Assembly (NCBI GenBank): GCA_024679065.1
Contig: JAGIQG010000002.1
Location: 92,814,001-92,878,000, forward strand
Length of the DNA stretch: 64,000 nt
From: Sphyrna mokarran
Lineage: Eukaryota
Reading direction: 5' to 3'
Shown here: in pieces, positions 12,656 through 25,269 of the stretch
How the letters are laid out: every line of letters begins with the position of its first letter
Numbering within the stretch: position 1 is the stretch's first letter
Made by a program: the position numbers and the translations under genes
Notes under the pieces: generated by a model
What the model saw: the letters and a program-made list of their open reading frames with translations, nothing else
Told to the model about the DNA's origin: nothing
The model's database searches: none

Positions 12656-13985
12656 AAATCCTCTCAGCACCCACCCTGTGAAGTCCCATCAGGATTTTTA
12701 TGTTTCAATCAGACCACCCAGCACTCCACTGTATTCCTCTATTAATCAACTGGGTAGTGCACAGAATTCAGATACGTCACCCAAGGTTTTAACACCAAGG
12801 TGCCCATAAACATGTTGCCAATGATTCTTAGTCTAGGTGTTGTATTTCATGTACTAACTGCAATGACGTTGGGCTCTGTTTGTTGCAAAAGTTGTGGGGT
12901 GCTCACATTAGTAATTTATGTTTCATTCTTTCTTAGTCCTTGAGGAAACTGTGAGGTGTGTTGCAAACTTAGGTATTTCTCATTGTTGGGTGGGAGGACT
13001 AGTTACACACATTGGTTTGCTCTTTCACACACTGCTCAGCAAACCTAAAAGCAACCTACTTATGACAGTCACTGCGATACTTGAGAGTGAAGAGGTTTTC
13101 AGTGCTGTGGTGTAAATATAAAAGCAGTTATACAAACTCTCGATGTGGTGAGGTGCATGGTTATACTTTAATGCTATCTGCTTCAAATATATTTGTTCTT
13201 CATTATCTTATGAGCTGTGGAGTTTTCAAAGTGCCCAATTGACAGAATGTGCTAGGCGCTATGTAAGTTTTGGCAAGATGAAGTTCGACTGAAGTTTCTG
13301 CACAAATGCATTAGCATAAGTACAAGCATAGTATCAGCCTTGAACCAGTGCAATTGAGCAGCGTAATTACATTCTGACAAGCAGAGTAAATGGAGCCTCA
13401 AGCTATTGGGTGGGGTCATATAAAAAGCGAGGATAAATTGCTGTTCTGAATCAGACTGAAGATCAGAAGGTTAGACATATTTTTCTCTGTCCGGTTAGCT
13501 AATTACTACAACAGAACAGGACACACCCTTGTGGCTTTAATTGACTTCATACATACCTGAGGCAGATTGATTGACTGAATTTAAACTAATTTACAGTCAT
13601 TGCAGCAGGAGGGGAGCCTGGATCTCTGAGCGACTTCACTTGACAACTGGTCACTGAGGGTTAGGTGATGAATGCTGGATTCATATGACCCTAGGTGCCC
13701 TTGCACCTGAAATTCTGGATGCAGTGTGCAACTGGAGAAGGTCACCGTTCTGATATGTGGATGTGAACAGATTGTCAGCTTTGGGTAAATGAACTTTTGA
13801 ACCAATGTAAAGAAGTGCAGAAAATCCATTAACTGGTTGTGAGTACAGATCAGGTTTTGCTTAAAATCTATTTCATTAAATTCTGCACAAATTAAGCTTG
13901 GTGGAAACCATGCAAGAACTCCAACCCTATTATTGTAGGTATCTTCTTTGATTGTCAGAAAAGAAAGGAGATTTTTAAGTTAAAT

Positions 13986-14600
13986 GCCAGGATTTTACGG
14001 GACATTTTAGGACTTGTCCAGAGGCAGGAAGGTTTGCAAAATAGCATGGAAGGCATCAGGTGGTGTGTCTGATCCTCCTTGCCACCATGTCAATTTTGCC
14101 AGCATGTGGTAGGTGACCTACCCCGGAGGCCAAAAACTGACCAATTAAGAGTTTCTTTTCCCCTTTCTGTTGGCGGTGGGGGGAGGGTACGCTGCCACTT
14201 TACAAGGCCATCAAGTAAACTTAGGAAAGTTTCACTGGTGTTATCTCCTTTCTGACAGTGCATCGAAGTCACAAAGAAACCCCGACATAATGTTGCCTGA
14301 CCTCAGCATCAGCCCCCTCCCTCACCAGTGCCTTGCTGAGTGGCATCCTGAGGCGCTATTGATGCTACTTTAAGGACATATTTTCATCAGTGTCCTTTTC
14401 CCTGAGATGTAGGCCCAGCAGTGGCCACTGCTAATGCAGGTACTGTTGAGCTGTCAGCCATCTGATAAGGGGCAGGCCATGTCCTTAATATGATGATAAC
14501 CTCAATGGAAGACACTTAATTTGCTGCCTCAACTAAAGTCCATCCCCAATATACTTTTAGCCATGGCAACAGGACCTGCCACCCATGGAAAACTCCAGCC
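13986..14600. mobile_element. MITE / non-autonomous DNA transposon (Harbinger-like)
   Basis: Degenerate terminal inverted repeats GCCAGGATTTTAC ... GGAAAACTCCAGCC enclosing a GC-rich interior. Confidence 0.55.
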
Positions 14601-15454
14601 AAATATTCTAAAATAGTGATAACAAAAATCAAAAGTTTCAAAGACTTTGGAGGTTCTATATTTACAATACAGAAAAAATGACACTGCAGAGTAGGCTTTT
14701 CTGCTATCCACAAGTTTGATTGCTGCAAATATTACGTCAATTATGAAATCCTTCTCAAAAATTGAAGAATGACATCAATGAGATTTTTCTGGAGCTTTAT
14801 TTAGCCGTTTCCAAAAATCTTGATTTTTTTACCTTTGTCTTCCAATTTAATATCTATTTTTAGGTCTTTCTAAATTGTGTATATTTTATAGGGCGGACAG
14901 GACACCGATTTGCAGATTTCTATCATGTTTGGACATAATTGAGAAATTATAGAAAAACAATGAGGTGCTTATTTTTCTCTTGTACTATATGGAAACAGTC
15001 CCTCTGGCACCTTCCTGAATCATACTATTTGGAGCACAATGTGGTAATGTAGCAATATCACGCCAATATTTCAGTCAAGCAGATTGCAGATTGTACAGAA
15101 TGCTAAATTAGTTACCTACTATATGACACACCTGGATTATTCTGTACAATCCGCGGTGCTAGGCCTGCACGAGATTCAAGACTTGTAAATTTGACTTCTG
15201 CAAGTCCAGACAACTAGGACCTATTTGTATGTACATATTTCTTGTGTTTTCCTGTTTAAAATTTATAGGATTGAAAGTTTGAGGAAGATTGTGTTGAGCC
15301 CTGTTACTTCATTGGTGGATAAATCCTAACGCATAAAATTAAGAGCATTTCCTACCAGCAACTTTAGGAAATTTGCAAATTAATGCGCATGTGCATTTAA
15401 ATTGTATGTATCCCTTCTTTTCTTCCATGAGAATAATTTTCCAGCTTTTCCCTC

Positions 15455-16140
15455 TGGAAGGGTCTTGTACCCAGATGGCTTCATTCAACCAATACAGAGA
15501 CCACAAAAGATAGCATATAGTTAAAGAATGAAAGAAACTTTATTACTAATGCATGCATCAGGAGAGAAGACAATCAGTCAGTAAGTCAATAAGTTTGGGC
15601 TACCCTCTCTGACATAACAATATGTCAGAATATGTGAGATAGATATACTTTTTCAGAACACTTATCTCCCACCCAGCTTGTCACTCAAACTGAAGGGTCC
15701 AATTACAATATTACACATTATTACCTTAGCACGTAATGCTCCACCCTGTCAGCAAGATTAGGAGCTCGTTAGCTCACTATATCCAAAAGTTCTTCCCTCG
15801 TTACTAAGAAACCTAACTACGTAAATTGATAAACTCAAGGTTATTCTGTGATGTCCGCAAATTTTGATTGGTAAAAGGAGTCAGTTCTCTTGCCTGAATC
15901 CAGCCCCTTTTATCAGCTTGAGGAACTGTACCAGTTTCACTAACCAGGAATGAATGTACTCCCATACATTTCAAGCCCTGATTAACTTGCAGCTGCCTGA
16001 CTCAAGCTGATAAGGAGAACTACTCTCACTGTGCCCCATTGTCCCAGAGAATTTAAAGTGTCTGCTACTGTCTACTTCCCATCATGCTGAGCAGTAAGAT
16101 CACCATTTGGCCAAGGTTTAGAAAACACACAATAAGAACA
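15455..16140 (-). mobile_element. Possible solo LTR (ERV-like)
   Basis: On the minus strand, TATATA (~15641) is followed by AATAAA (~15540) and the segment ends ..AAGACCCTTCCA. The other end and a TSD were not found. Confidence 0.35.
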
Positions 16141-17829
16141 TAGTTTAATTTCATAAAATTTAGTTAATTTGTAGTTATGTAGATAGTACCTTTGCATATA
16201 TTGCATTAGACATGTGGTGAATTTTTATTCTATATATAAGGAAACTTGTAATCTTGTAGTCTACTTATTATAGTAAATTTAAAATGAGGGTCTTTTATAG
16301 TAGGAGTTTTATACTATCCTGCTCCACTCCCAAAGTTTAATAGTACAGACTGATGTGGTTCTTAAAGACAAACATTTCAATATCATTGTAATATATAATG
16401 TTGACTAATGCAAGATTGTTTTTAATAACTCAAACTAAAATCATCAGTTAATAAAAACAGAAACAACTAAAATTAAAATGTATAAGTTTATGTATTTTAA
16501 ATCCTGGTAGAAAGTGATGATGGACTGAGCATATTACATATGAACAATGGAAATAGCTATGTGATGAGAAAGTGAAAGAGACTGTTGTTTAACTTCATAG
16601 ATTTGTTGTTGTGACCAAAATGTTTATTAATTTTGGGTCATGTGGAAAAACCCATTAGTGTTGATTAGTTACCAACATTCCTGGGATTCTGTAGCATGTC
16701 AATTAGGATGATTAGATTGTATAACGTGTATTGACTTCTGTCATTGGTGATATGCAGACTGAGTATATTTATTTACTCAATGCTTTCTTGTAAACTAGTG
16801 GTAGAGCACTGTTACCATCTGAACTTTGTTGTTGGTACATGGTGTTCGATTATGTGATTTTTGCATGAATGGTATTAATCATTCATTTCATTGGCTAATC
16901 AAACATAAGTTGAATTGTCTAAAACTTTCAAAATGCCAGCAAAGGTATTTACTTAAGATGATTGCCACAAGTCATCTGATGTCTGGTGTTGCAAGTTGAC
17001 CAGTTTCTGGAAAATTCCAAACGTGAATTATAATTTAGACATGCCACAACACCCTATTCTGGAATTTCACATCTGCTGATGTCAAGAGTTGCTTATAAAG
17101 GATTTTGTAAAACCCCTGCACTGGACCTCACATTTCCATTTCTATAAGGCTAACATTCGAGTAGAGATGATCTCTTAGGACAATTGCTACATGGAAATGT
17201 GTTCTTTTCTCATTAAGATAAATGATAGATATTCTGGGGTTATTGCTTGGAATGTTATAAAATTTAATCACCCATGCAGTAAAACAAAAGCCGTAGTTGA
17301 TTTAGACATCAGTTAAGTCAAACATCTTCTGAAATCAGTATTGGGAGTGAGGTCATGATTGAATTCTCTTTAATACAACATGTAAGCTATTAAACTGCCA
17401 ATCTAGCAATAACAAACTTATTTCTCTTCTCTCCCAAATTTAACACTTGAATTCCTATAGTTTAAAATCCAGCGCAGAGGTGGAGACCTTTTTCTTCAAA
17501 AAGAATTTCAGGTGCAAAAGTCATTGACTTCTAGAAATGACAGGTCACAATTTTTTTAAAAAACACAAATTGTCTTCAGCAATTGCAGCATTACATGAGC
17601 ATCAATTCCTCAAATCTCAAGAGTAGTGGGTAACAAAATCTACCATTGTCAAGGACTCGCAAACAGTGAGCTCTCTTTTATTTTCCTTTCAGCATTGAAT
17701 TTTAATTTGGCTAAGAAAGTAACTACCTGCTGTCAAGCTTGCAATTCTGTATGCTTGTGTGTGTACGTGTAGACATGCTGCAAAGGTAGAACTGTGTGGG
17801 ATTTCCATTTTGAATATATTTATATCTTT

Positions 17830-18615
17830 ACATTACATTAATGATCTGGAACTTGGAACTGAGGGCAAAAGATACAAATGATACAAAGATATGTAGAAGA
17901 ACAGGTGGTGTTTGAAGAAGTGGGGAGGCTGCAGAATAGTTTGGACAGACTAGCGGAGTGGGTAAAGGAATGGGAGATGAAATATAATAAGAGAAAGTGT
18001 GAGGTTATGCACATTTGTGGGAAGAATAGGTATAGACTATTTTCTCCAGGCAGAAAAGCTTGGGAAATCTGAATGGGATCAAGAGTGCTCATTCAGGACT
18101 CTCTTAAGATTAATATGCAGGTTCAATTGGCAGTTAGAAAGGTAAAATCAATGTAAGCGTTCATTTCTAAAGGGCTGGAATACAAGACCAGGAATGTGCT
18201 GCTAAGGCTGTATAAGGGTCTGGTCAGTCCCCATTTGGAATATTGAGAATAGCTTTGGGCTTTGTACCTAAGGAAGGATGTGTTGGCCTTGGAGGGGGTT
18301 CATAAGTATGATCCCAGGAATGAAGAGTTTGTTAAATGAGGAACAGTTGAGTAATCTAGGTCTATTCTTGATGCAGTTTAGGAGGATGAGGGGGGGGATA
18401 TGGTTGAAACTTACTGAACACTGAAAGGCCTAGATAAAGCGGATGTGGAAAGGATGTTTTCACTAGTGGGAGAGACTAGAACTCGAGGGCACAACTTCTG
18501 AGTGAAGAACGTTCCTTTAAACTGAGATGAGGAGGAATTTCTTCAGCCAGAGGGTGGTGAATCCATGGAACACATTGCCATAGAAGGCTGTGGAGGCCAG
18601 GTCATTGAGTATTTT
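17830..18615 (+). mobile_element. CR1 LINE RT C-terminal fragment
   Basis: RLQNSLDRLAEWVKEWEMKYNKRKCEVMH, RLYKGLVSPHLEY, FKTEMRRNFFSQRVVNPWN. Confidence 0.92.
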
Positions 18616-18654
18616 TGCTGTGAACTTTGCAGGCATGTTTGAAGGTAGAGAAAA

Positions 18655-18790
18655 TCCCTGTATCCCTGCCCATTTACCATGGGTTACCCTTTGGACACTA
18701 AGGGACAATTTAATATGGCCAATCTTTGTAAATACGCCTACACGTGGACTGTGGGAGAAAACCAGAAGAAACCCGTGCAGATACTGGGCT
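18655..18790 (-). mobile_element. HE1/V-SINE internal fragment
   Basis: GGACACTAAGGGACAATTTAATATGGCCAATC..GGACTGTGGGAGAAAACCAGAAGAAACCCGTGCAGA. Confidence 0.75.
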
Positions 18791-19227
18791 GGGCTGCAGA
18801 CTTTCCAGACATCTAATTGGAAAGCAGCTCTGTAAGATGTGATTCACTCCTGGGAGAAAGGTGTAAATGTCTCCTCAAAGCAATGAACATTTCTCCCAAT
18901 GTTAGTTTTCTGTAGGGCTATCATCGGGATTGTGGACAGGCTACTCACATAACTTTGTAACTGATGGCAGGCACCACAATCCCATCAAAAATCTAGTATC
19001 ATATGCTCTTCAGAGAAAAAGAGGCAGACAATGACAAGACAATGACAAGTAAATGACAGATGGAGAGGGGAAAATTGAAGTAAATAGAATAGAAAGAAAA
19101 GATCTAAAATTTCTATAGAACTAAAGCTATCAAAAGAACTAAAGCAACCAAAATTGATTAAATTTGTAATTGAAATAAGAAAGTAAAAAAGGAAGGAATT
19201 TTAAAATTTCGGGCCCATTGATTAGAA

Positions 19228-19330
19228 AGAAAGACTTGTATTTGTATAGGATTTTTCATGACATCAGGGCATTTGGAAGCACATTACGAGTAATGAAGTG
19301 CTTTTGAAGTGTATCCCCTATTGTTGCATC
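19228..19330 (-). mobile_element. DeuSINE / L2-type tail
   Basis: AAAGACTTGTATTTGTATAG..TAATGAAGTGCTTTTGAAGTGTA. Confidence 0.6.
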
Positions 19331-20564
19331 ATCTTACTCATTTGAACCTTCCTGCATACAAACATCTGTAGCAACAACAACATAACAAACATCATTACTT
19401 CATCACTGACTGTGAAACTCAGGTCAAAATAATACAAAAAGCCAGGATCACAATTGCTACTGATCACAGGTATTACCCATCTGAGCAGTTCACAAGAGAA
19501 ATAGTATGTCGAAGGTCGGTTGTAAACCAAACTCTTTCTTGTTGATAGATATTGTACGATGCCTCTCAAGTACAGATTGCCTGATGGGGAAAGTTTTGCA
19601 AACTGCACATGCTCAGAATGCATTTATGTTTTCAGCCTCTCCAGTTGTAAAATATCTGATTGAAACTTGAACTGAATCTTGTGTCCTCGACAATGTGTGG
19701 CAGGGAGGCAGTCAATTGGTCTGGGCAGTGGCAGATGGGGATCTCACCACCTTTCCACCTCTACCTGAGGGCAGTCTTCCCACCTCAATGTCAGTTGAGC
19801 CCCTTAATGAACAATTAAAACCCACTTAAGGGTCTCTTCCCATTGCTGCTGTAATTAGCCCAGTGATCAGCTGGAGTAGACTGGCTGTGAGCTGGGATGG
19901 ACTGGCCATGTGGGCGGCATGACAAGCAAACTCTGATGTCATTGTTGTAGGCACCAGGGGATACAGGCCAGAAGAGTGAGAGCAGAACTGGTTAGACTAC
20001 AGCACTTGGAGCAGAGCTTCTTTCCCCTCTCTGGGTCCTTGATCAGGGGTAGGCCTACCACTGGGTAAATGCCTGAATGGCACAAGAGGTGCCAGACCTT
20101 CCCAAAAAGGGACAAAGCAGTTGTCTCTCTGCCTCACCAGCCAGTGGGCATGATCCCCATCATCTCCATAAGGTTTTATATCAGATTTTGGAAATAGACT
20201 ACAATGAGCTCCTCAAGTAAAATCTTGAAGTATTGAAAATTGGGCGGGACAGTTACTTTGGTAAATATTGTGAAATACATAGTTTTTAAAAATTATGCTT
20301 AAGCTCTTATTTTGCATTCTAGAAACTACTCATGGAAGAGTTATTTTGAAAAACATAGAGTATTTCAGTTGCTCTTCAACAAAGCGTATTAGACTAAATT
20401 TGCAGTTCTCCCCAAGCTAGTTGAATGCCATTCACTGAGAATGGCCCCATTTCTTTCCCCACTGTAAAATCTTGTCTTGACCTTTAACTGTTTTGCTTAT
20501 TTCTAAATGTAATTTAGACCTCTTTTGTAACTCCTTAGCTGTCTTCTTTATTCCAACTCAAAAT

Positions 20565-20870
20565 TCGGTAAGAGTGATCATCATATTTAAGGATTTGGAT
20601 CAATAATAGTGATGCTGAACCTTTATAAAGGTCTGGTTTGTCCACAGTTGTAAGTATTGCATCCAGTTCTACTCAGCACATTTGAGGAATGATATGAAGC
20701 ACCTGAGCAGATGCAGGGAAGACTTACCAGAATGGATCCAGAGATGATAGATTATGGCTGTGAGATTAAGTTGGAGAAGCTGTGGTTATTCATTTTGGAA
20801 CAAAGGAGTTTGGCAAGAGATCTGACAGAATTGTACAAGAGTATGACAGGTTTGGAAAAGGCAGAAAAAG
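20565..20870 (+). mobile_element. CR1 LINE fragment, left part (interrupted by solo LTR A)
   Basis: LNLYKGLV..YCIQF..KLEKLWLF..GDLTELYK-like..MTGLEKAEK; continues at 21744. Confidence 0.85.
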
Positions 20871-21743
20871 TTTTATAACCTGTTGTGAGATGCTGGACAA
20901 GCTGTTAGAATCTGCTTGATGGGCCATGATGATTCAAAGAGTGCAATGAGTGGAAGAACCAAATGTATGGAAATAAGCAGCAGGATTCCAAGATTAAATT
21001 GGAGAGAATCTTTATTGTACAAAATTGTTTAAAACAAACAAGAGCCATAATGATTAAAAAGCCACAGTGGGCCAGTAAGATGATGATTCCAAATAATCTG
21101 AGCATCTGCTTTAAACTCATTTTAATAAATTTCACCCAGCTTCACTTTTTTATTGTGGCTTTTAAAAATACACATATTCTGTCTGCAAGGCAATTTCCTT
21201 CTCTCTGGGTCTGGCTGCAGAGGTAACAGCTCAGGCATAGGCTACATTCCTGCCAATGCCACCTCCTTGTTCAAGTAGTGGTGTCACTGATGGTCACAAT
21301 GCCATGACCCACCAGACACATACACAGATAATTCCTTGGCATCTTTCTATTGCAGGACCACTGTCTTTACAGAGTTAATTGGTCTGACCCAAATCTCTAG
21401 GACTCCTCCTTTTCCCCTCTAAACCTACAGAATGAAGTTCCCTGGCCAACAGGTTGGATGTCTGCAGCCCACAGCTCAGCTTCTCTTACACTTTTTTTCC
21501 TAAAAGAAGGACCAAAAATCACCACTTTTCATTTTAGATCATAGCCCCGTCTGCAACAATTTTCTCCAAAGCAACTTCAGGGCTCTCTTGCTTCTAAAAG
21601 CCTCTCAGCTGCGTCCAAAATTCAAAAGTGTGTCTAAATCCAGGCATACTAAATCAAACAAAAAGTAAACAACCTTGCAGTTCATCTTAAACTCAAACCA
21701 AAACTCTACATTCTTAATCTTCAATAGAATGACAATTATAACA
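20871..21743 (-). mobile_element. Solo LTR A (873 bp) with 4-bp TSD AAAG
   Basis: Termini TTTTATAA...TTATAACA (decayed TGTTATAA inverted ends). AAAG lies at 20867-20870 and 21744-21747; reverse AATAAA near 21011; CR1 is colinear on both sides. Confidence 0.75.
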
Positions 21744-22055
21744 AAAGGATAAACTACTCTGATTAGCTCATTATAAAAGACTTGGGAACACAGACTGAAG
21801 TTTTTGGCATGAGACGCAGGGAGAATTTGAGTAAAATGTTTTTTTAACACAGTGAGTACAATGATCTGGAATTTGCTGCCTACCCGGGTGGTGGAAGTAG
21901 AGATCACTAAAGATTTCAGAAGGAGATTAAATAGATCCTTGAGAGAAATTAACTTGCAAATTATTGCAATAGAACAGTGGAATAAGTCTAACTAGCTTGC
22001 TCTACAGGGAACCAGCATGGATTAGTAGACCAAATAGCCTCTTCCTGTGTTGTTA
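21744..22055 (+). mobile_element. CR1 LINE fragment, right part with 3' UTR
   Basis: (D)KLL*LA..IWNLLPTRVVEV followed by tail AAATAGCCTCTTCCTGTGTTG. Confidence 0.85.
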
Positions 22056-22066
22056 TGTGTCTATTG

Positions 22067-22717
22067 ATGGAGTTTTACAGTTCCCAACCGGCAGATCTGA
22101 AAGCAGAGGGAACTTGTAAAATGCAGTGCATAGTCTGCCTGCTGCCTACTCACCCGTCCTCTTCTGACTCCTATGTTACAGGGACTGGGCTGCCCTCTTC
22201 CCCCTTGGACTTATTGAGGCCAGAAAGTGATAATTCAATGGTCATTTAAGTGCCTCATCCTGACCGACTGCAGATTTTATTTGAGAAACTGGTCGTGAGC
22301 ATGTGCATTGCAATCTCCTTTGTGGACCTCTGTGCTCATCAAAGGCACCCACCCCCCCTGCAAAATACATTCTTATTCCCTCTTCCCCACTCCCCTTTGA
22401 CCCTTCCCCTCATTTCTCAAACACTGGTCCCTCCTTTGCTCAATCCTGCCTGCCAGGCCCTGCCAATACCTCAATTAACTCCTCTCCTTCAGGGACAGAC
22501 TATAATCCCAGCAGTGACCATCATTCAAACATGGCATGGCTGGGTCTGCAGAGCTGCTGGCCAATCCAATTGGCTGGCAGTTCTTTACGACGGGAGTTTT
22601 CTTCCCCAAAATGGGGGAGGAAATGTGAATGGAGCATCCAGAAACAGAGGAGGAACATTCCCCATTGAATCTTCAGGTGGCAACGCAGGAGATTCCAGCA
22701 TCTGAAAAACTGTGCCC
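22067..22717. mobile_element. MITE / non-autonomous DNA transposon
   Basis: Degenerate ends GATGGAGTTTTACAG ... CTGAAAAACTGTGCCC; pyrimidine-rich interior similar to 43260-43710. Confidence 0.45.
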
Positions 22718-22961
22718 TGTGTAATGGAAATGAGCATACAATGCAGGATTTGTAATATGTGGTCTGACATTGGAAGAAAAAATGGTGTTCAAACAGTGTC
22801 TTGCTCCCTGAAAGAGGGCAATGGAAGGTACCAATTTTTGTCATTCTGCTGGTACCATCTTATGAGACTGCATGTTGCGTTACGTTGTAAGTGAGCCTTC
22901 AAAATACAGTAGCTAATGTAAACCAATTCCCATACGACTGAAACCTGTGATTTTTTAAAAA

Positions 22962-23212
22962 CTATTCATTGGTACACATGAGCTTTGTTGGCATTTATTG
23001 CACATCCTCAGTTGCCCTTGAATTGAGTGTCTTGCTCAGCCATTTCAGAGGATAGTTGAAAGTCAACCAATGCTGTGTGTCTGGAGTCATGTGTAGGCCA
23101 GATTCGGTAAGGATGGCAGATTTCCTTCCCTAAAAGACATTAGGGAACCAGATGGGTTTTTCTGATAATAGACAATGGCTTCATAGTCATCAGTAGATTC
23201 TTAATTCCAGAT
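22962..23212 (-). mobile_element. SINE-B (MetaSINE-like), 5'-truncated
   Basis: CTGGAGTCATGTGTAGGCCAGA..GGATGGCAGATTTCCTTCCCTAAAAGACATTAGGGAACCAGATGGGTTTT core plus LINE-B tail. Confidence 0.8.
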
Positions 23213-23289
23213 GACCTGATCCTCTAGTTATCATGTTTGTTGTTGCTGAATCCTACAAGTGTCCATCTTGAGTCCAAATGATGCTATAT

Positions 23290-23382
23290 TAGACCAATGA
23301 CTGCATGAAGTATCTCTTTGCTTGTAATGCTCTTTACAATGTTCTGAGGACAGACGAGGTACCATATAAATGCAAATCTTTG
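23290..23382 (+). mobile_element. DeuSINE / L2-type tail
   Basis: ..GTTCTGAGGACAGACGAGGTACCATATAAATGCAAATCTTT. Confidence 0.55.
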
Positions 23383-24032
23383 AGCTGAAGTTTGCCACAA
23401 GATAAGTTGTATAGCAGCTAGGACTGAAAGCAGAACATAACTATGGTAGTGGGTGATGGGACCCTGAATGACAGTTTACTAATGGCAGCCAATTAGGATG
23501 CTGCCATGTGGACTGCCATCCAGTTGAGGAAGGTGGCCCACCTCCCAGAGTAACCGGTTCAATCCAAGGGCTGGCAGTTTGGCAGCTTGAGTAGCACCAC
23601 CATTATAAGTCGCCACTTGTTAAGGTGCAGGACAAAGTTGAGGGCAAATCCATGCTGAATCACGATCAAAAATAAATTGATTTAAAAATCAATTTAGGTC
23701 CCAGTGATTGGAGGGGGCAGCAGAGTAGCCACCAGGGCAGCCATTGATGCTGGGGGAGGGTTTGGCCTTGGTGGGCCCTGAAGCAGCTATGAAGATAGGC
23801 CTCTTGCAGTTTTTTACACAACAGCAGTCCCTCAGAGTGTCTCCTGATGGCAGGGGTTGACATTGTCCTTTAACTGGCCACTTGATTGACACAATTTGCC
23901 CTAGAGTGGGCTGCCCCTCTGCTAATATTCTAACTGTTAGTAATGAGCCATGAAGTCAGAAAAATGGCAGAGTCCTTTTCTGATGCCTCCCATCTGCTAG
24001 CCCAGGTCCAAAGAACTGGAAAAATCCAGCCT
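23383..24032. mobile_element. MITE / non-autonomous DNA transposon (Harbinger-like)
   Basis: Ends AGCTGAAGTTTGCC ... GGAAAAATCCAGCC; interior resembles 13986-14600 and 19660-20160. Confidence 0.5.
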
Positions 24033-24400
24033 TCTCTCTCCATTACATAGGCCATATTGCCGTTCCTTTATCCGATTAACTGTCAAAAAAGAAAAAGTTG
24101 CCATTCCCCCCCTTAAGAAAGATATGATCTTTAAAAACTGTTCCAGTGGTTGCTTTATAGATTTTTCATTACTGCAAAACTCAGTGTATGGTAGATTTAG
24201 CTTGCACTTTCCAATTCACTGAAATCTTGGGTAAGCTGTATTCATGCTACGTATCTTTCTCTGTACATTAGTAATCTTGAGATTGTACAGTCAGCTCCTT
24301 AGTGATGCTTACTTTAGAAATTTGAATACATTTTGAATTAAAAGCGTTTTATGCAATGAGTAATTACCCAATAAATGGACCATTTCTGATGGATTACAAG

Positions 24401-24542
24401 CTGTGCTGGTTAGGTGCATTGGCCATGCTAAATTCTTCCTCAGTGTACCTGAACAGGTACCAGAGTATGGCGACTAGGGGATTTTCACGGTAACTTCATT
24501 GCACTGTGAGTGTAAGCCTGCTTGTGACACTAATAAATACAT
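24401..24542 (+). mobile_element. V-SINE variant with alternative (Rex1-like) tail, 5'-truncated
   Basis: GGTTAGGTGCATTGGCCATGCTAAATT (V core) followed by GGGGATTTTCACGGTAACTTCATTGC..CTTGTGACACTAATAAAT. Confidence 0.85.
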
Positions 24543-24944
24543 TTTGAACAAGAAAGCTGATGGTTAGCTAACACTGATGTTTCTGAAGTGTGCAGGGGGC
24601 CTTTTAGACCATTGTGGAAGTGTAAAGTTTTGAATTTTATTCATATTTGAGTACTCTCTATATTAATTATCTTGTACTATGAAAGCATTCTTCACAACTA
24701 TTGTGGAACCACATCTTGTGGGGGTGCTTGAGTCTTAGTGGTGATTTACTTTGCCTGAGTATCTTCAAGGAGAACACATCTACTTCATGATTGCACTCAG
24801 TGTGTTTTGATATTAATTACATATGGTTTGGATTTTTTATTCTCTCTTTTTGTCCTTGTTGAATTTTCATTCCAAATGTTACATTTTAGAAGCACCTCCC
24901 ATGTACCATTAGCTTTGAATGGTAAAGAGCAGAACCAATTAGAG

Positions 24945-25269
24945 TCATAGAATGATAGAATCCCTTCAGTACAGAAGGAAGCCATTTGGCCTATCGAGTC
25001 TGTACCGACCATGATCCCAACCAGACCCTATTTCTGCAACCTCACCCATTAACTCTTCTGAACCCTCTAACACTAAGGTCAATTTAGCATGACCAGTCAA
25101 CCTAACCTGCATATCTTTGGACTGAGAGAGGAAACCAGAGCACCCAGAAGAAACCTATGCAGACATGCTAAGAATGTGCAAACTCCACACAGTAACTGAG
25201 GCCAGAATTGAACCCGGATCTCTAGCGCTGTGAGACAGCAGTGCTAACCATGGTACCACCATGTTGTCC
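24945..25269 (-). mobile_element. HE1-type V-SINE, full length
   Basis: Reverse head, V core and tail (CATAGAATGATAGAATCCCTTCAGTACAGAAGGAAGCCATTTGGCC). Confidence 0.93.

Noticed and set aside
22250-22844. Overlapping ORFs of 107-151 aa
   Set aside because: They lie within a MITE-like GC-rich repeat and show low-complexity composition.
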